A DNA stretch of 36,508 bases from contig NC_069001.1 in the NCBI RefSeq assembly GCF_001194135.2, positions 37,409,836 to 37,446,343 of the forward strand. The letters run 5' to 3'. This document shows, piece by piece, positions 10,831 through 20,949 of this stretch (positions within the stretch are counted from its first letter, which is position 1; every line of letters starts with the position of its first letter). The notes under the pieces were generated by a model. That model saw only the letters and a program-made list of their open reading frames with translations. It ran no database searches and was not told where the DNA came from. The stretch is from Octopus bimaculoides. Taxonomy: Eukaryota. The translations under genes and the position numbers were made by a program.

Positions 10831-11296
10831 ACACGATATTTTGTAATATTTATTAGTTTCCAGTGACGTGACTAGTNNNNNNNNNNNNNNNNNNNNNNNN
10901 NNNNNNNNNNNNNNNNNNNNNNNNNNNNNNNNNNNNNNNNNNNNNNNNNNNNNNNNNNNNNNNNNNNNNNNNNNNNNNNNNNNNNNNNNNNNNNNNNNNN
11001 NNNNNNNNNNNNNNNNNNNNNNNNNNNNNNNNNNNNNNNNNNNNNNNNNNNNNNNNNNNNNNNNNNNNNNNNNNNNNNNNNNNNNNNNNNNNNNNNNNNN
11101 NNNNNNNNNNNNNNNNNNNNNNNNNNNNNNNNNNNNNNNNNNNNNNNNNNNNNNNNNNNNNNNAAGTACCGCCCCAATAACCCCCCCACACCTATGCTAG
11201 TGAATTTATGAATGAATATCTCAGTATCGTAGGATGACACTGTACACACACACACACTTATGGCACCAATCTATACACACTCATAATGTGTGTGTG

Positions 11297-11350
<54 letters not shown>

Positions 11351-11477
11351 AAAACTGATATAGAAATCAATAGGATTAAATATAGTGGAAAAGCACACAG
11401 GTTGTGTGTGTGTGTGAATGCGTGTGTATGTGTGTGTAACTACACGTGCTGTGGGCGATTTCTTTTCCTTCTTTGGA

Positions 11478-11515
11478 CTTTTCCGACGAGGAGATATGCT
11501 CGAAACGTCAAATAG
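11478..11515 (+). ncRNA. Minimal type I hammerhead ribozyme motif (U4>C)
   Basis: CUUUU-CCGACGA-G-GAG-AUAUG-CUC-GAAA-CG-UC^AAAUAG: ACGU palindrome as stem III, GUC cleavage after 11509; one core substitution. Confidence 0.65.
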
Positions 11516-11663
11516 CTCATAAATTAGTTTGATATTTGAGCTCTGATTGACTGTATACAAATTAGTTCATAACTGGGGTCCGTTTCTTCCAGTAAAAAAA
11601 TATGTTAATAAAAACAAACTGATTCACTGAAGAAAAAAAATTGTGGATTATTTTCATATAGAT

Positions 11664-11815
11664 CAGTGCTGCGCAACGTTTTTTCACTTGCGGCACACCT
11701 GAACTAAAAATATAACTAAAAGTATAGGGAAAAAATATTCAGGTTTCACGGCGACACACCTAGCATCGTCTCGTGGGACACCAGTGTGCCGCGAGATACC
11801 GGTTGCGGAGCATTG
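11664..11815. mobile_element. hAT-superfamily MITE
   Basis: TIRs CAGTGCTGCGCAAC / GTTGCGGAGCATTG and a perfect 8-bp TSD ATATAGAT on both sides. Confidence 0.9.
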
Positions 11816-11830
11816 ATATAGATCAATATA

Positions 11831-12045
11831 CAGACTGCGACGGAAAAACCTCCCACATTTCACACAGCCATTTTGTATGACACCAATGAAAGCAAACCGG
11901 TGGAAATGGTATCTTCTTGTAGCGGATGTTTTACCATTTATTTTATGGTTACTATCATTGTTTACACTGATATAGAATGTGCGTTTGCTGTTCAAATATT
12001 TATCAAGAATGATTCTAAGTGGAGTTTTTTGTTTGTCGCACCCTG
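11831..12045. mobile_element. Tc1/mariner-like MITE
   Basis: TA-flanked imperfect TIRs CAGACTGCGACGGAAAAACCTCC / GGAGTTTTTTGTTTGTCGCACCCTG. Confidence 0.55.
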
Positions 12046-12182
12046 TATAATAGATACAACAGTTAATCAGAAATCGGATGCACTTACAGAAGCGATAAAC
12101 ATTCTTGTAATCCAGTGGTCCTTAAGCTGTCGGCTTTGGCTGAATTTGAAAATATTAACGAGGTTAAAGATCTAAGAGTAAT

Positions 12183-12410
12183 GGCGCATAGCCCAGTGGT
12201 TAGGGTATTTCACTCGCGATCGTGAGATCGTGGTTTCGATTCTCGGACCGGACGGTGCGTTGTGATCTTGAGCAAAACACCCTATTTCACGTCGATTCAG
12301 CTATGAATAACCCTGCGATGGAGTGGCGTCTTGTTAAAAGGTAATGGTGTGATCTCGGTCATTTATACGCCTTGGAAACTGAATCACTGGGCTCTACGAG
12401 TTCTGAAACT
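12183..12410 (+). mobile_element. tRNA-derived SINE, family D
   Basis: GGCGCATAGCCCAGTGGTTAGGGT A box, GGTTTCGATTTC B-box-like, then TCTTGAGCAAAACAC and AACCCTGCGATGGAGTGGCGTC body. Confidence 0.7.
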
Positions 12411-12650
12411 CAAGATAGTACTTTAATGTAAACCCAACAGATTCCAGTTCAACACAATTAACATCAAGAGTCGACCATGTTGCACGGTCAGAAGGAACCG
12501 TTCAGCACAAATTTTGGTCCCTAAAAAGCATGAGCGAGGAAGGAAAACATTTTCAAACGATACGGTTTTGAAAAATAAAAATAAAGCTTTTTCTGCGTGT
12601 GCGGCTGATGAGGGATGGGGAGGTGAATATCGATCTGTTATATGTGCTAC

Positions 12651-12850
12651 CAAGATTCAGATCCATCTGTGGATCCTTGGTCGCACCTGGGTGGTTCTCA
12701 CCCCTATAGGGACTTGTTAATTTTCTCGTTGTTTACACGGGTAGATGTAAACCAACGCTACCCTTTGTATTTTGTATGGTACTAAAGGCTTTCTTTTTTT
12801 CAGCCTTTGTGGCCAATAAAGAAATTATTATGATTATTATTATTATTATT
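12651..12850 (+). other. Structured 3' end of a retroposon-like repeat (hairpins, H-type pseudoknot, (ATT)n tail)
   Basis: GATCCA/TGGATC and GGGTG/CACCC hairpins, pseudoknot 12731-12763, then CCTTTGTGGCCAATAAAGAAATT(ATT)n. Confidence 0.45.
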
Positions 12851-13019
12851 TACATAGCACAAAATGTGCCTGAATTAAAAATAGAAACATGAAAATTGTC
12901 CCAGACTAAAATGACTAACATATTTACATAGCCATTTGTAACCGGGTGGATGTCGGCGTCTTCATGGAGTAGGCGAGTGCTTATAATGCGCCTTTGCAAT
13001 ACAACACATACTTAGAGGG

Positions 13020-13115
13020 AAGGTGTGTGTGCATATGTATACACATATATATATACACACACACACACACACATACATACATACACAGACACACATATAC
13101 AAGTTATATATAACG

Positions 13116-13147
<32 letters not shown>

Positions 13148-13256
13148 GTGCACACAAATGTACATAAAAGATATACACAAATATACATATATATATACAA
13201 ACATACATACAGGTAAACATGCATACACACAAATGTATACATATGTACAAATATGC

Positions 13257-13293
<37 letters not shown>

Positions 13294-13678
13294 CACACAC
13301 CAAAGGGGGTGTGTATATACATAAATATATATAAGGGGATTGTGGGTGTGTATGTAGATATATATATTTATATATAAAATCACACACCAAAGGATGTGCG
13401 TGTTTATAATATATACATACATACACATGCGCACACAAATGCACATAAAATATATACACAAATATACATATATATATATACAAACATATACATACAGGTA
13501 AACTTGCAAATAAACATACACATACACAAATGTGTGTATATGTGCAGGTACACACACGTAACCATGCATACACACAAATGTATACACATGTACAAATGTG
13601 TGTATGTATATATAATCACACACCAAAGGGTGTGTATATATACATAGTCACACATATACATAAGCATTTTGTGTGAGG

Positions 13679-13709
<31 letters not shown>

Positions 13710-13770
13710 CATATGTATAAAATCACACACACCAAAAGAGGTTCGTGTTTATAATATATACACATACACA
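13020..13770. repeat. Compound (CA/TA) microsatellite with a higher-order ~290-bp duplication
   Basis: AATCACACACCAAAG-type anchor at about 13291, 13378, 13614 and 13719; CACACAAATG.ACATAAAA.ATATACACAAATATACAT block duplicated. Confidence 0.8.
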
Positions 13771-14920
13771 TTGAGGGGAGGGGCCAAATTCAAGCGAATT
13801 TAATTACTTATTTTAAACAATTAAAAATAAAATAGTTAATGAAACGATATTTCTTTGCCAAGATACCATTTCTGAGATGGACAAAGGGGAAAGCTTTTGA
13901 TATTCTGGGACCATGAAAGGAAATGGAATTAACCCCAAGAAAATGGTCGCTAAAAAAATGGCAGAAAAAAAAAAGTTGGGTTGCGAACACGGTTCGACAG
14001 TCTTATCTTTGGTTTATATCATCATCATCATCATCATCAACTTTACCAAGAACGAGGAAAGAGAGCATGATGAAATGAAATGAAATCGTTTCGTTCCCGG
14101 GTTGTCAAGACGATTTGAACTCTCAGAATGGAGACCTTTAAGAATTGTAATAAAAATGTAACCCAGTCGTTACATAATTGCTGTGTAATGATAAAAATTT
14201 ACAGTGGTTCAAGGACCGAGAGTTGGCACTTATCAAACAGGTTTCAAATCAAAAGGATGTCATTGATCTCCCGACGATAATGGCATTTCTCTGAATTGTT
14301 CCATCATTGTCATCGGTAACCGGATGGCTTTAAAACGGGTTTGATTAGTGCCAATACACGAAACTCTCTTTCCTTGAGCCACTGTGCAGCATGTACCGTT
14401 TAATAATAATACAAAGCATAGTCATTTTGAATTCTAGTTTCCTGTTTGTATAATCAAAGCTATGCTGTTTATTTCATCCATTCTGGCCATCTTTCTGGAA
14501 TTCTGAGATGTAAGAAATGACAGAAGTACACGAAAGAGTGCAGTTGGTTTGAAGCAACGGCTGGGAAATAACGCCTTCTGATTATTAATATAAAATTATG
14601 TTTCATCAGCTTCTAAAATCAATGTTCAGCACGGCATGACGTCTTGCTAATCTCTTGAATTTGGACAGCGATCGACGATAGAGATTGGAAATTTAATGAC
14701 ATTCATTTTAAGTTCAGCGTTTCAAATTTCTGTCACATTTGTCATTTTAGACTTTGAACATTGAATATCTATTTTAAGATAAACAACACTAGAGTTGGGC
14801 CAGCCGACACAAAAAGTAAGCCATTGTATGTAATAAAACTCGAGTTAGCAGATATTTCTATCGGTCATGCGTTGTGCTGCAGAGTACATTAGTAAGATTG
14901 TACTTTTGGATTAAATGGCT

Positions 14921-15157
14921 TTATGTAAGAAGTCGTCGGCGTCTCCTCTGTCGAAGTATTGGAAAGGTGTTAAATGTTTTGCTAACAACGTTATCTCGAG
15001 AGCTGTTCAATTTAACACCAAAATTATTACGATACTGTACCCCGGCATCTTCGGCAAGTTTAAACTTCACCAGCGTATACCACAGTCCAATGTATGCAAC
15101 TACTACGGAGGCCATTATTAAACAGATTACATTCACAAAAAGTTCATTGAAAGCCAT
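14921..15157 (-). CDS. Candidate 78-aa single-pass membrane microprotein (or terminal exon of a longer gene)
   Basis: AAGATGG start context; MAFNELFVNVICLIMASVVVAYIGLWYTLVKFK...LNSSR...LRQRRRRRLLT; non-repetitive sequence with an open antisense shadow frame; frame also open upstream to an AG at about 15243. Confidence 0.5.
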   Translation of the reverse strand: MAFNELFVNVICLIMASVVVAYIGLWYTLVKFKLAEDAGVQYRNNFGVKLNSSRDNVVSKTFNTFPILRQRRRRRLLT

Positions 15158-15596
15158 CTTCACTGAACGCCGTTTCTTCTTCGTGTTGCCTTTATACTTC
15201 TTTTCCTCTTTGACTGTACACCAACCACTTCGTTTAAACTGTTAACATCATTATACACTCAGGATGACATCCGTGAAACCGGAAATACTTTAATATGGCT
15301 ATTACAGGTTGATGTAGAGTTCAAGAAAAAAAATGTTTCACCGACAAATAGGGGTGAAGAGATGGGACTCAAAACACCGGAAGAGTTCATTTCATTTCGT
15401 TTCATGTTCTAATAAATAAAAACGACTAAAATGCACATTCACAGATTCAATCATTTTCAATATTCATTTTGCTGAGTTAAGTTCGGAAGAACAAGCAACA
15501 AGCGTATCATAGTTTCAATCCTTGGTTAAATTCACATACCTTGTGCCACCATTGTTCTGGGAAAAGCAACATTTTGTCTTCATCTTCCCCATAAAC

Positions 15597-15797
15597 CAGT
15601 GGTTCTCAACCATTTTTTCTACTCATTGACCCCTTTGATTCCTACTTTATTTAACTAGACCCCTGTAGCTATTTTTTGATGTTTAATAATCCTATTATAT
15701 TTTTGTAATTAAATATTACTAGGAATTGTATAAAAAATATTTTATCGCACAAATTTTAACGGTAAAATCTTATAAGGACCCCGGTTGAGAACCACTG
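15597..15797. mobile_element. hAT/Charlie-like MITE
   Basis: Perfect 15-bp TIRs CAGTGGTTCTCAACC / GGTTGAGAACCACTG; 8-bp flanks CCATAAAC / CTATATAC (6/8 match). Confidence 0.85.
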
Positions 15798-16717
15798 CTA
15801 TATACAAGGGACCCTCTGTCTAATAAAAAATAATAATTAATAAATCTAACCTTTATTTTATGGACACAATTTTGAGAAAGAAAAGAGGTTGAATCCCAGA
15901 GAACAGGACTCGAGATATGTCACTCTCGTTACGGGGCAGTTTATGTTACTAGTTACAAAACAGAACACATACCCCAAGCTAAATGTTATAATTAATTTTA
16001 TGCAATTTTGGTTGTACTAATTTGTCCCCGAAAATAATTACATAGCGCCAGAAAAGTATGTTAGCAAAATAGTTCTTTTTCTATTGCTGTCGTCATCACA
16101 AACGTTGAAGTAATATAGAACATATCGACATGTTGGACATTAAATGCAGTAACTTAATCTGCTACCGATGAGTGGTTAACCAAATTATGTGAAATACTTG
16201 AGAAGATAAATACATATGCACGATATGTATTAGGGTGTGAAGGTCTGCGCCTGTATATATATATATATATNNNNNNNNNNNNNNNNNNNNNNNNNNNNNN
16301 NNNNNNNNNNNNNNNNNNNNNNNNNNNNNNNNNNNNNNNNNNNNNNNNNNNNNNNNNNNNNNNNNNNNNNNNNNNNNNNNNNNNNNNNNNNNNNNNNNNN
16401 NNNNNNNNNNNNNNNNNNNNNNNNNNNNNNNNNNNNNNNNNNNNNNNNNNNNNNNNNNNNNNNNNNNNNNNNNNNNNNNNNNNNNNNNNNNNNNNNNNNN
16501 NNNNNNNNNNNNNNNNNNNNNNNNNNNNNNNNNNNNNNNNNNNNNNNNNNNNNNNNNNNNNNNNNNNNNNNNNNNNNNNNNNNNNNNNNNNNNNNNNNNN
16601 NNNNNNNNNNNNNNNNNNNNNNNNNNNNNNNNNNNNNNNNNNNNNNNNNNNNNNNNNNNNNNNNNNNNNNNNNNNNNNNNNNNNNNNNNNNNNNNNNNNN
16701 NNNNNNNNNNNNNNNNN

Positions 16718-16776
<59 letters not shown>

Positions 16777-16799
16777 ATGCGCGTGTGTATGAGAAAAAG

Positions 16800-16895
16800 A
16801 AAACGGAGGAATTGACATATAAACGTCAATTTATTAAAACATATTCAATTCCGAACAATATCAAACTCATAGAACCTACAATTGTTTCTATGTTC
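16800..16895 (-). repeat. Relic carrying the 3' half of the 22.4-kb hammerhead family
   Basis: CCTACAATTGTTTC (16875-16888) is identical to 22417-22430; downstream AATATGTT..AATAAATT..TTTATAT also shared; no CUGANGA upstream. Confidence 0.55.
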
Positions 16896-16919
16896 AATTA
16901 AATTCAAATTAGAGAAACG

Positions 16920-18390
16920 GAAACTGCCCAGTTGAACAGTTCTTAGTTTGGTCAGGGAGTTCTCTGAATTTAGATGCAATAGTTTCTTCTGAATGTCTGG
17001 TCTTGACCTCCTCGACTCCCCACTTTATCCTGTAGGTCGATGTGGATCTGCCAGTTTTGTGGGCTTTCTTGGATTTGAGTAGTGTCAGATTTCAGACAAC
17101 GAGATGATGATCAGTTGACAGCTCAGACACCTCTCTTAACGTGACCATCCAGCTCAGAATTGAAGAGTTCAGAGACAATGATAAAAACCAGTTACTGGTC
17201 CCTGGCCCCGATTTCTTTTGTATATTCATGGATGTCTTTATGCTGGAAAAAAAGTGTTCATAATAGAGGGCCTTTCTATTTGCATTTAGACTATGGTTTC
17301 TGTTCCTCCTGATTACCTCTTTCCATGTCAAGTGGTCAGTGTCTACATCTGCATTGACATTTCCTGTTAGGACATGTGACTCGGTCTTAACTACATCTAA
17401 CGTAGCAGTGACCTCATCAAGGAACCATTTATATTCCAACTCACTGTTTGCTGCATAAACTCGCAAGGGTGCCTACTGTTACTTCTGTTAATATTCTTTA
17501 GGAACAGGATCTGCAAGCGCAGCCAGACTGCAAATGATATCTGGTATCAAAACCAATGGGCATAGAGTCAGTCGGCTGAAATTTGCTGACGACATGGTTC
17601 TACTCAACTCAACGGAAGGTAATCTCCAACAGAGGCCTATCTTTCAACTTAAGAAAATCCTTCCACCCGATGGGATCCAGTTCATAACATTCTGACAGCC
17701 AGAGACTTGTGAGTTACCTCACTCCCCCAGGTGTAGTCATTCCTGACACAACATCCAAATAATGGAGTTTCCATCCTCCATCCAAATCGACAGGACCAGA
17801 GCCACAGAACTTTGTTGATGAAACCCTGACTATATCTAGCTGGCAGCATCTGGCCTCCTCCACTAGATCCTGCTCCTTACCTGCAAGGGTTGTGACGTTC
17901 CAGTCATCAACTATCCGAATGTGTTCCCTTCTGGACCCTTTTTGGGGTCTCAAGGTACATAAAACTTTGTGTGTCCATCCAACGCTTCCCAGGAGAAGTT
18001 ACAGACCCATTGTCAATTTTCACATCGTTAGATGGAGACTTTAGTGTGCTTTTCAGTCAAACCCCTCTACCTTAGGCTTGAACGTGTCTCTTGTTATCCT
18101 GTGCGAAGGACGATGCAGTCTAGTCGCATTTATTGCCCCTAACCGTACTGCCACTTTTGGTGGTCTTATTTGAGCCATTCACCAATTCAATAATTTTCTC
18201 AGAGCAAAGAAGACTGGTTTTTTTTGAGGGGGTCATTACTCGCATCGTCCTTCCTACATCTCTAGGTTGTGAGTTTTCCTGAGAGCTAACAGTATCGCCC
18301 ATTTTCCCATCTCCCCCCGTAGGTTATTGCCGTTTGGTCCAGGGTCGTTTACTCGTCCTGTAAGGACAGCATGTTCCTCGTCTGTCTCTT
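16920..18390 (-). mobile_element. Decayed RTE (Rex3/Expander-like) LINE: 5' region and APE endonuclease
   Basis: WNVTTLAGKEQDLVEEA..LDIVRVSST..GGWKLHY, RVYAANSELEY, GNVNADV..TWKEVIRRN, ELSTDHHLVV: AP-endonuclease motifs. The 5' UTR boundary is approximate. Confidence 0.85.
17462..17632 (+). mobile_element. Inverted RTE reverse-transcriptase fragment inserted inside the APE domain
   Basis: Plus strand RQGCLLL..IFF.NRICKRSQ / GIKTNGHRVSRLKFADDMVLLNSTEGNLQQ; APE resumes on both sides on the minus strand. Confidence 0.75.
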
Positions 18391-18466
18391 TAACTTCCTG
18401 GAGACTTTAGGTAAAATTATACTAATGTGTCCTTCTGTTTTAATTTAATTAAATTCTATATCTTTG

Positions 18467-18552
18467 TGCAACTGAAGATTGCTTTGCATTTAAATTGATG
18501 TAATGATTGCATTGTTCAATTAAATGGAGCTACGTGAAACGATCGTACTGCA
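18467..18552 (+). ncRNA. Type I hammerhead ribozyme motif, long stem II, ACGAUCGU palindrome
   Basis: UGCAA-CUGAAGA-[hairpin CAUUUAAAUUGA...UCAAUUAAAUG]-GAAA-CGAUCG-UA^CUGCA; core intact, C.A mismatch at the first stem I pair, loose base of stem II. Confidence 0.65.
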
Positions 18553-18653
18553 TTACTTCTGGATATCCTTGTTGCTTATTTTGATACACACACACACACA
18601 CACACACACAACACATATACAGATATACAGCTACTTAGAAATTTTACAGACTA

Positions 18654-18903
18654 CAGTGATCCCTCGCCATATTGAGGTTCACCTATCGCGGTTCACTTAT
18701 CGCGGTTCACCTATTGCGGTTTATTATTTAAGCTTGCGTCGATTCCTCTATGATGTTGTTTTGCATTTATGATAAAATAAATATATACAATTTATAAAAA
18801 TAATTATAAAATAATATACAGCACAGTAGTTTCTACTTCGCGGATTTTCGCTTATCGCGGTGAGTTTTGGAACGTAACACTCGCGATAGTGGAGGGATTA
18901 TTG
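18654..18903. mobile_element. pogo/Tigger-like MITE (inverted relative to 8858-9068)
   Basis: TA-CAGTGATCCCTCG...GAGGGATTATTG-TA; internal tandem 14-bp GGTTCACCTATCGC units; interior is the reverse complement of 8977-9068. Confidence 0.85.
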
Positions 18904-19029
18904 TATAAGTATTATACACACACACATACACGCACGCACTCATCATACATATAGATAAAGAAACCGAGAAACATAACAAGCACACAGACGCACACATACA
19001 TACGCACCGGTAGGCACACGCATACATAC

Positions 19030-19987
19030 ACACACTCCTCACCTGCTGCGCGCACACACACACAGATTATGTACCCGATCCAATACTCTCTCTCCTCACA
19101 CACACACCAAACCAGAGCTGAAAGGTAAGAAACCCACCAAAAACGCGTTTCCCTAAATTGAAATTGGGTCCTTATTTGTTTGTTTGTTTCATGAAAATCA
19201 GACTGACCCTTAAATCCGGGTATTCTTGATACCCGGCTATGATCACATTTCAGCCGCGAAATCTCTCTCTCTCTCTCTCTCTTTCTCTTCTTCTTCCGCC
19301 TCTTTCTCTCTTTCTCTATGTGTTCTCTCTCTCTCTCTCTCATCTCTGTTTAATAAATCTCTCCCACCTTTCCTCTCTTTATCTTCCCCTACTTTCATCT
19401 TAACATCCGACGCCCTCTGCGCGCGCGAGCGTGTATGTATGTATGTGTGTGTGTGCGTGTGTATGTTTGTGGTTAACAAATCACTCCTCTGTTTCTTCTG
19501 TCTATCTACCTCTTCCTTCTCTCTCACCCCGAGTGTATGTACATGGTAAATATGAACAGAGAAAATATACTATACACACATACACATAGACACATGCATA
19601 TTTCACAATTTTTTTTTCCTCGTTTCTTCTCTCTATCTCTTCTTCTACCTCTCAGCCCATTTCTGCGCGTTTTATATACATCTATCTATCTAATCTATCT
19701 ATCTATCCATCTATCTGTACACACACACACACCTATCTATCTGTCGTTCCTTCTATACTTCGTCTTACCCTCTATATTGACAACAATACACACACCAGTG
19801 CCTTCTTCCTTCTCTTACACTCTCTCTGCCTCACCCTTTCACTCCTTCATCCTTCTATCCATTCAACCCACGATTATTCTTTCAAACATTATCTCTCGAG
19901 TGAAACGAAATGTAGCCTCCTTGGATTTCACCACAAACGACTATTCGGCCCTCAAAATACATAAATGCATGGACAGTACTCGGTGAG
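19030..19987 (+). promoter_or_regulatory. Promoter-like region with two candidate plus-strand 5' exons
   Basis: Consensus donors AAG|GTAAGA (19125) and GAG|GTAAGA (19988); CpG runs (GCGCGCGCGAGCG) and (CT)n tracts; no downstream coding exon found. Confidence 0.3.
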
Positions 19988-20157
19988 GTAAGACTGCTTA
20001 TAGCGATCTCTTGATATTTATACGCCTCTAAAACGTATACGGGTACACTACATATCCGTATATGTATGTATTAATGTTTGTTTCTAATGTAAAACTGTCA
20101 TCAGACTAAAGAGTAAATGTTTGTAGAGTAAATGTTTCGTAAACTTTTACAAGAGAT

Positions 20158-20178
20158 ATGACAGTGACTTCGAAGTTT
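20158..20178 (-). repeat. 3' half of hammerhead motif (AAAC-UUCG-AAGUC^ACUGUCAU)
   Basis: Same motif as 8004-8023 and 32570-32590; downstream GAAACATTTACTCTACAAAC matches GAAACATATACTCTCCAAAC at 32.5 kb. Confidence 0.6.
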
Positions 20179-20289
20179 ATATATGTTTGTGTGTCTGTGC
20201 GTATGTACGTATTTATATACTTATGTATGTTTTTGTGTGTGTATTATGTTTGTAGAAACTGAGTACACATACACACGAATATGTGGGTA

Positions 20290-20336
<47 letters not shown>

Positions 20337-20424
20337 TCTCTTTCCTTTCCTGAGCGTCCAATAATACTATCCATATCACGTCCTCACCTTGTTGTTTTTT
20401 TGTTTTTTTGTTATTGTGTTTTTG

Positions 20425-20477
<53 letters not shown>

Positions 20478-20949
20478 TGTATGTATGTTTCCAGCAAAAC
20501 ACCCTCCTCCTCACCAAGCAAGCTCGGTGAGGGCTTCCACGTTGATGTCCCCTTAATTGATGTGCACTATCAGCATCTTTTTATTCAAAGGACAGTCTGA
20601 GCTCTGTAGCTTTTGAGTAACTAGACTAGGAGAAGGCCACTGATCTCAAATCTGCCAACGGTTTAGCATCTGACATGTGGCACACTGTGCACCTGTACAG
20701 GTAAATGCATTTTTGATGGAGATTGGAGTGTGCATTTTGCTGCACAAGCATTGACCACTATAAACAAAACCATGTGCAGGTAGTTCAGTAGAATGCTATC
20801 AGCAAATACCACCATCATGTTTTGATGGTGAGAGTGTACACTGCTACCCTTAAAATAAGAAAAATCTTATGATGATGAAGGGATAGCAATGGAAATAGGG
20901 GAATGATGTCACTGGAAGTTCTTAGCTTGAACTTTGCACATAAGTGGTG

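Noticed and set aside
10853-11255. ORFs spanning N runs (also 16162-16829, 24169-24776, 25348-25587, 31079-31770)
   Set aside because: Open only because N codons contain no stops.
12183-12255. tRNA gene (also SINE heads at 6035, 28110, 30839)
   Set aside because: A/B boxes present but no complete cloverleaf or acceptor stem; continues into SINE body.
12731-12763. -1 ribosomal frameshift signal
   Set aside because: No XXXYYYZ slippery site 5-9 nt upstream and no flanking ORFs; pseudoknot kept as a structural observation only.
12962-13667. Long ORFs of 203-204 aa (and similar YIYI/CVCV/THTH/ERER ORFs throughout)
   Set aside because: Translations of dinucleotide microsatellites; no splice or codon evidence.
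14430-14497. Strong minus-strand acceptor followed by MARMDEINSIALIIQTGN* or IPERWPEWMK*
   Set aside because: All frames close quickly and no matching upstream donor was found; may be UTR.
14874-15245. 123-aa plus-strand ORF
   Set aside because: In-register antisense of the minus-strand ORF, which has the better start context and protein-like features.
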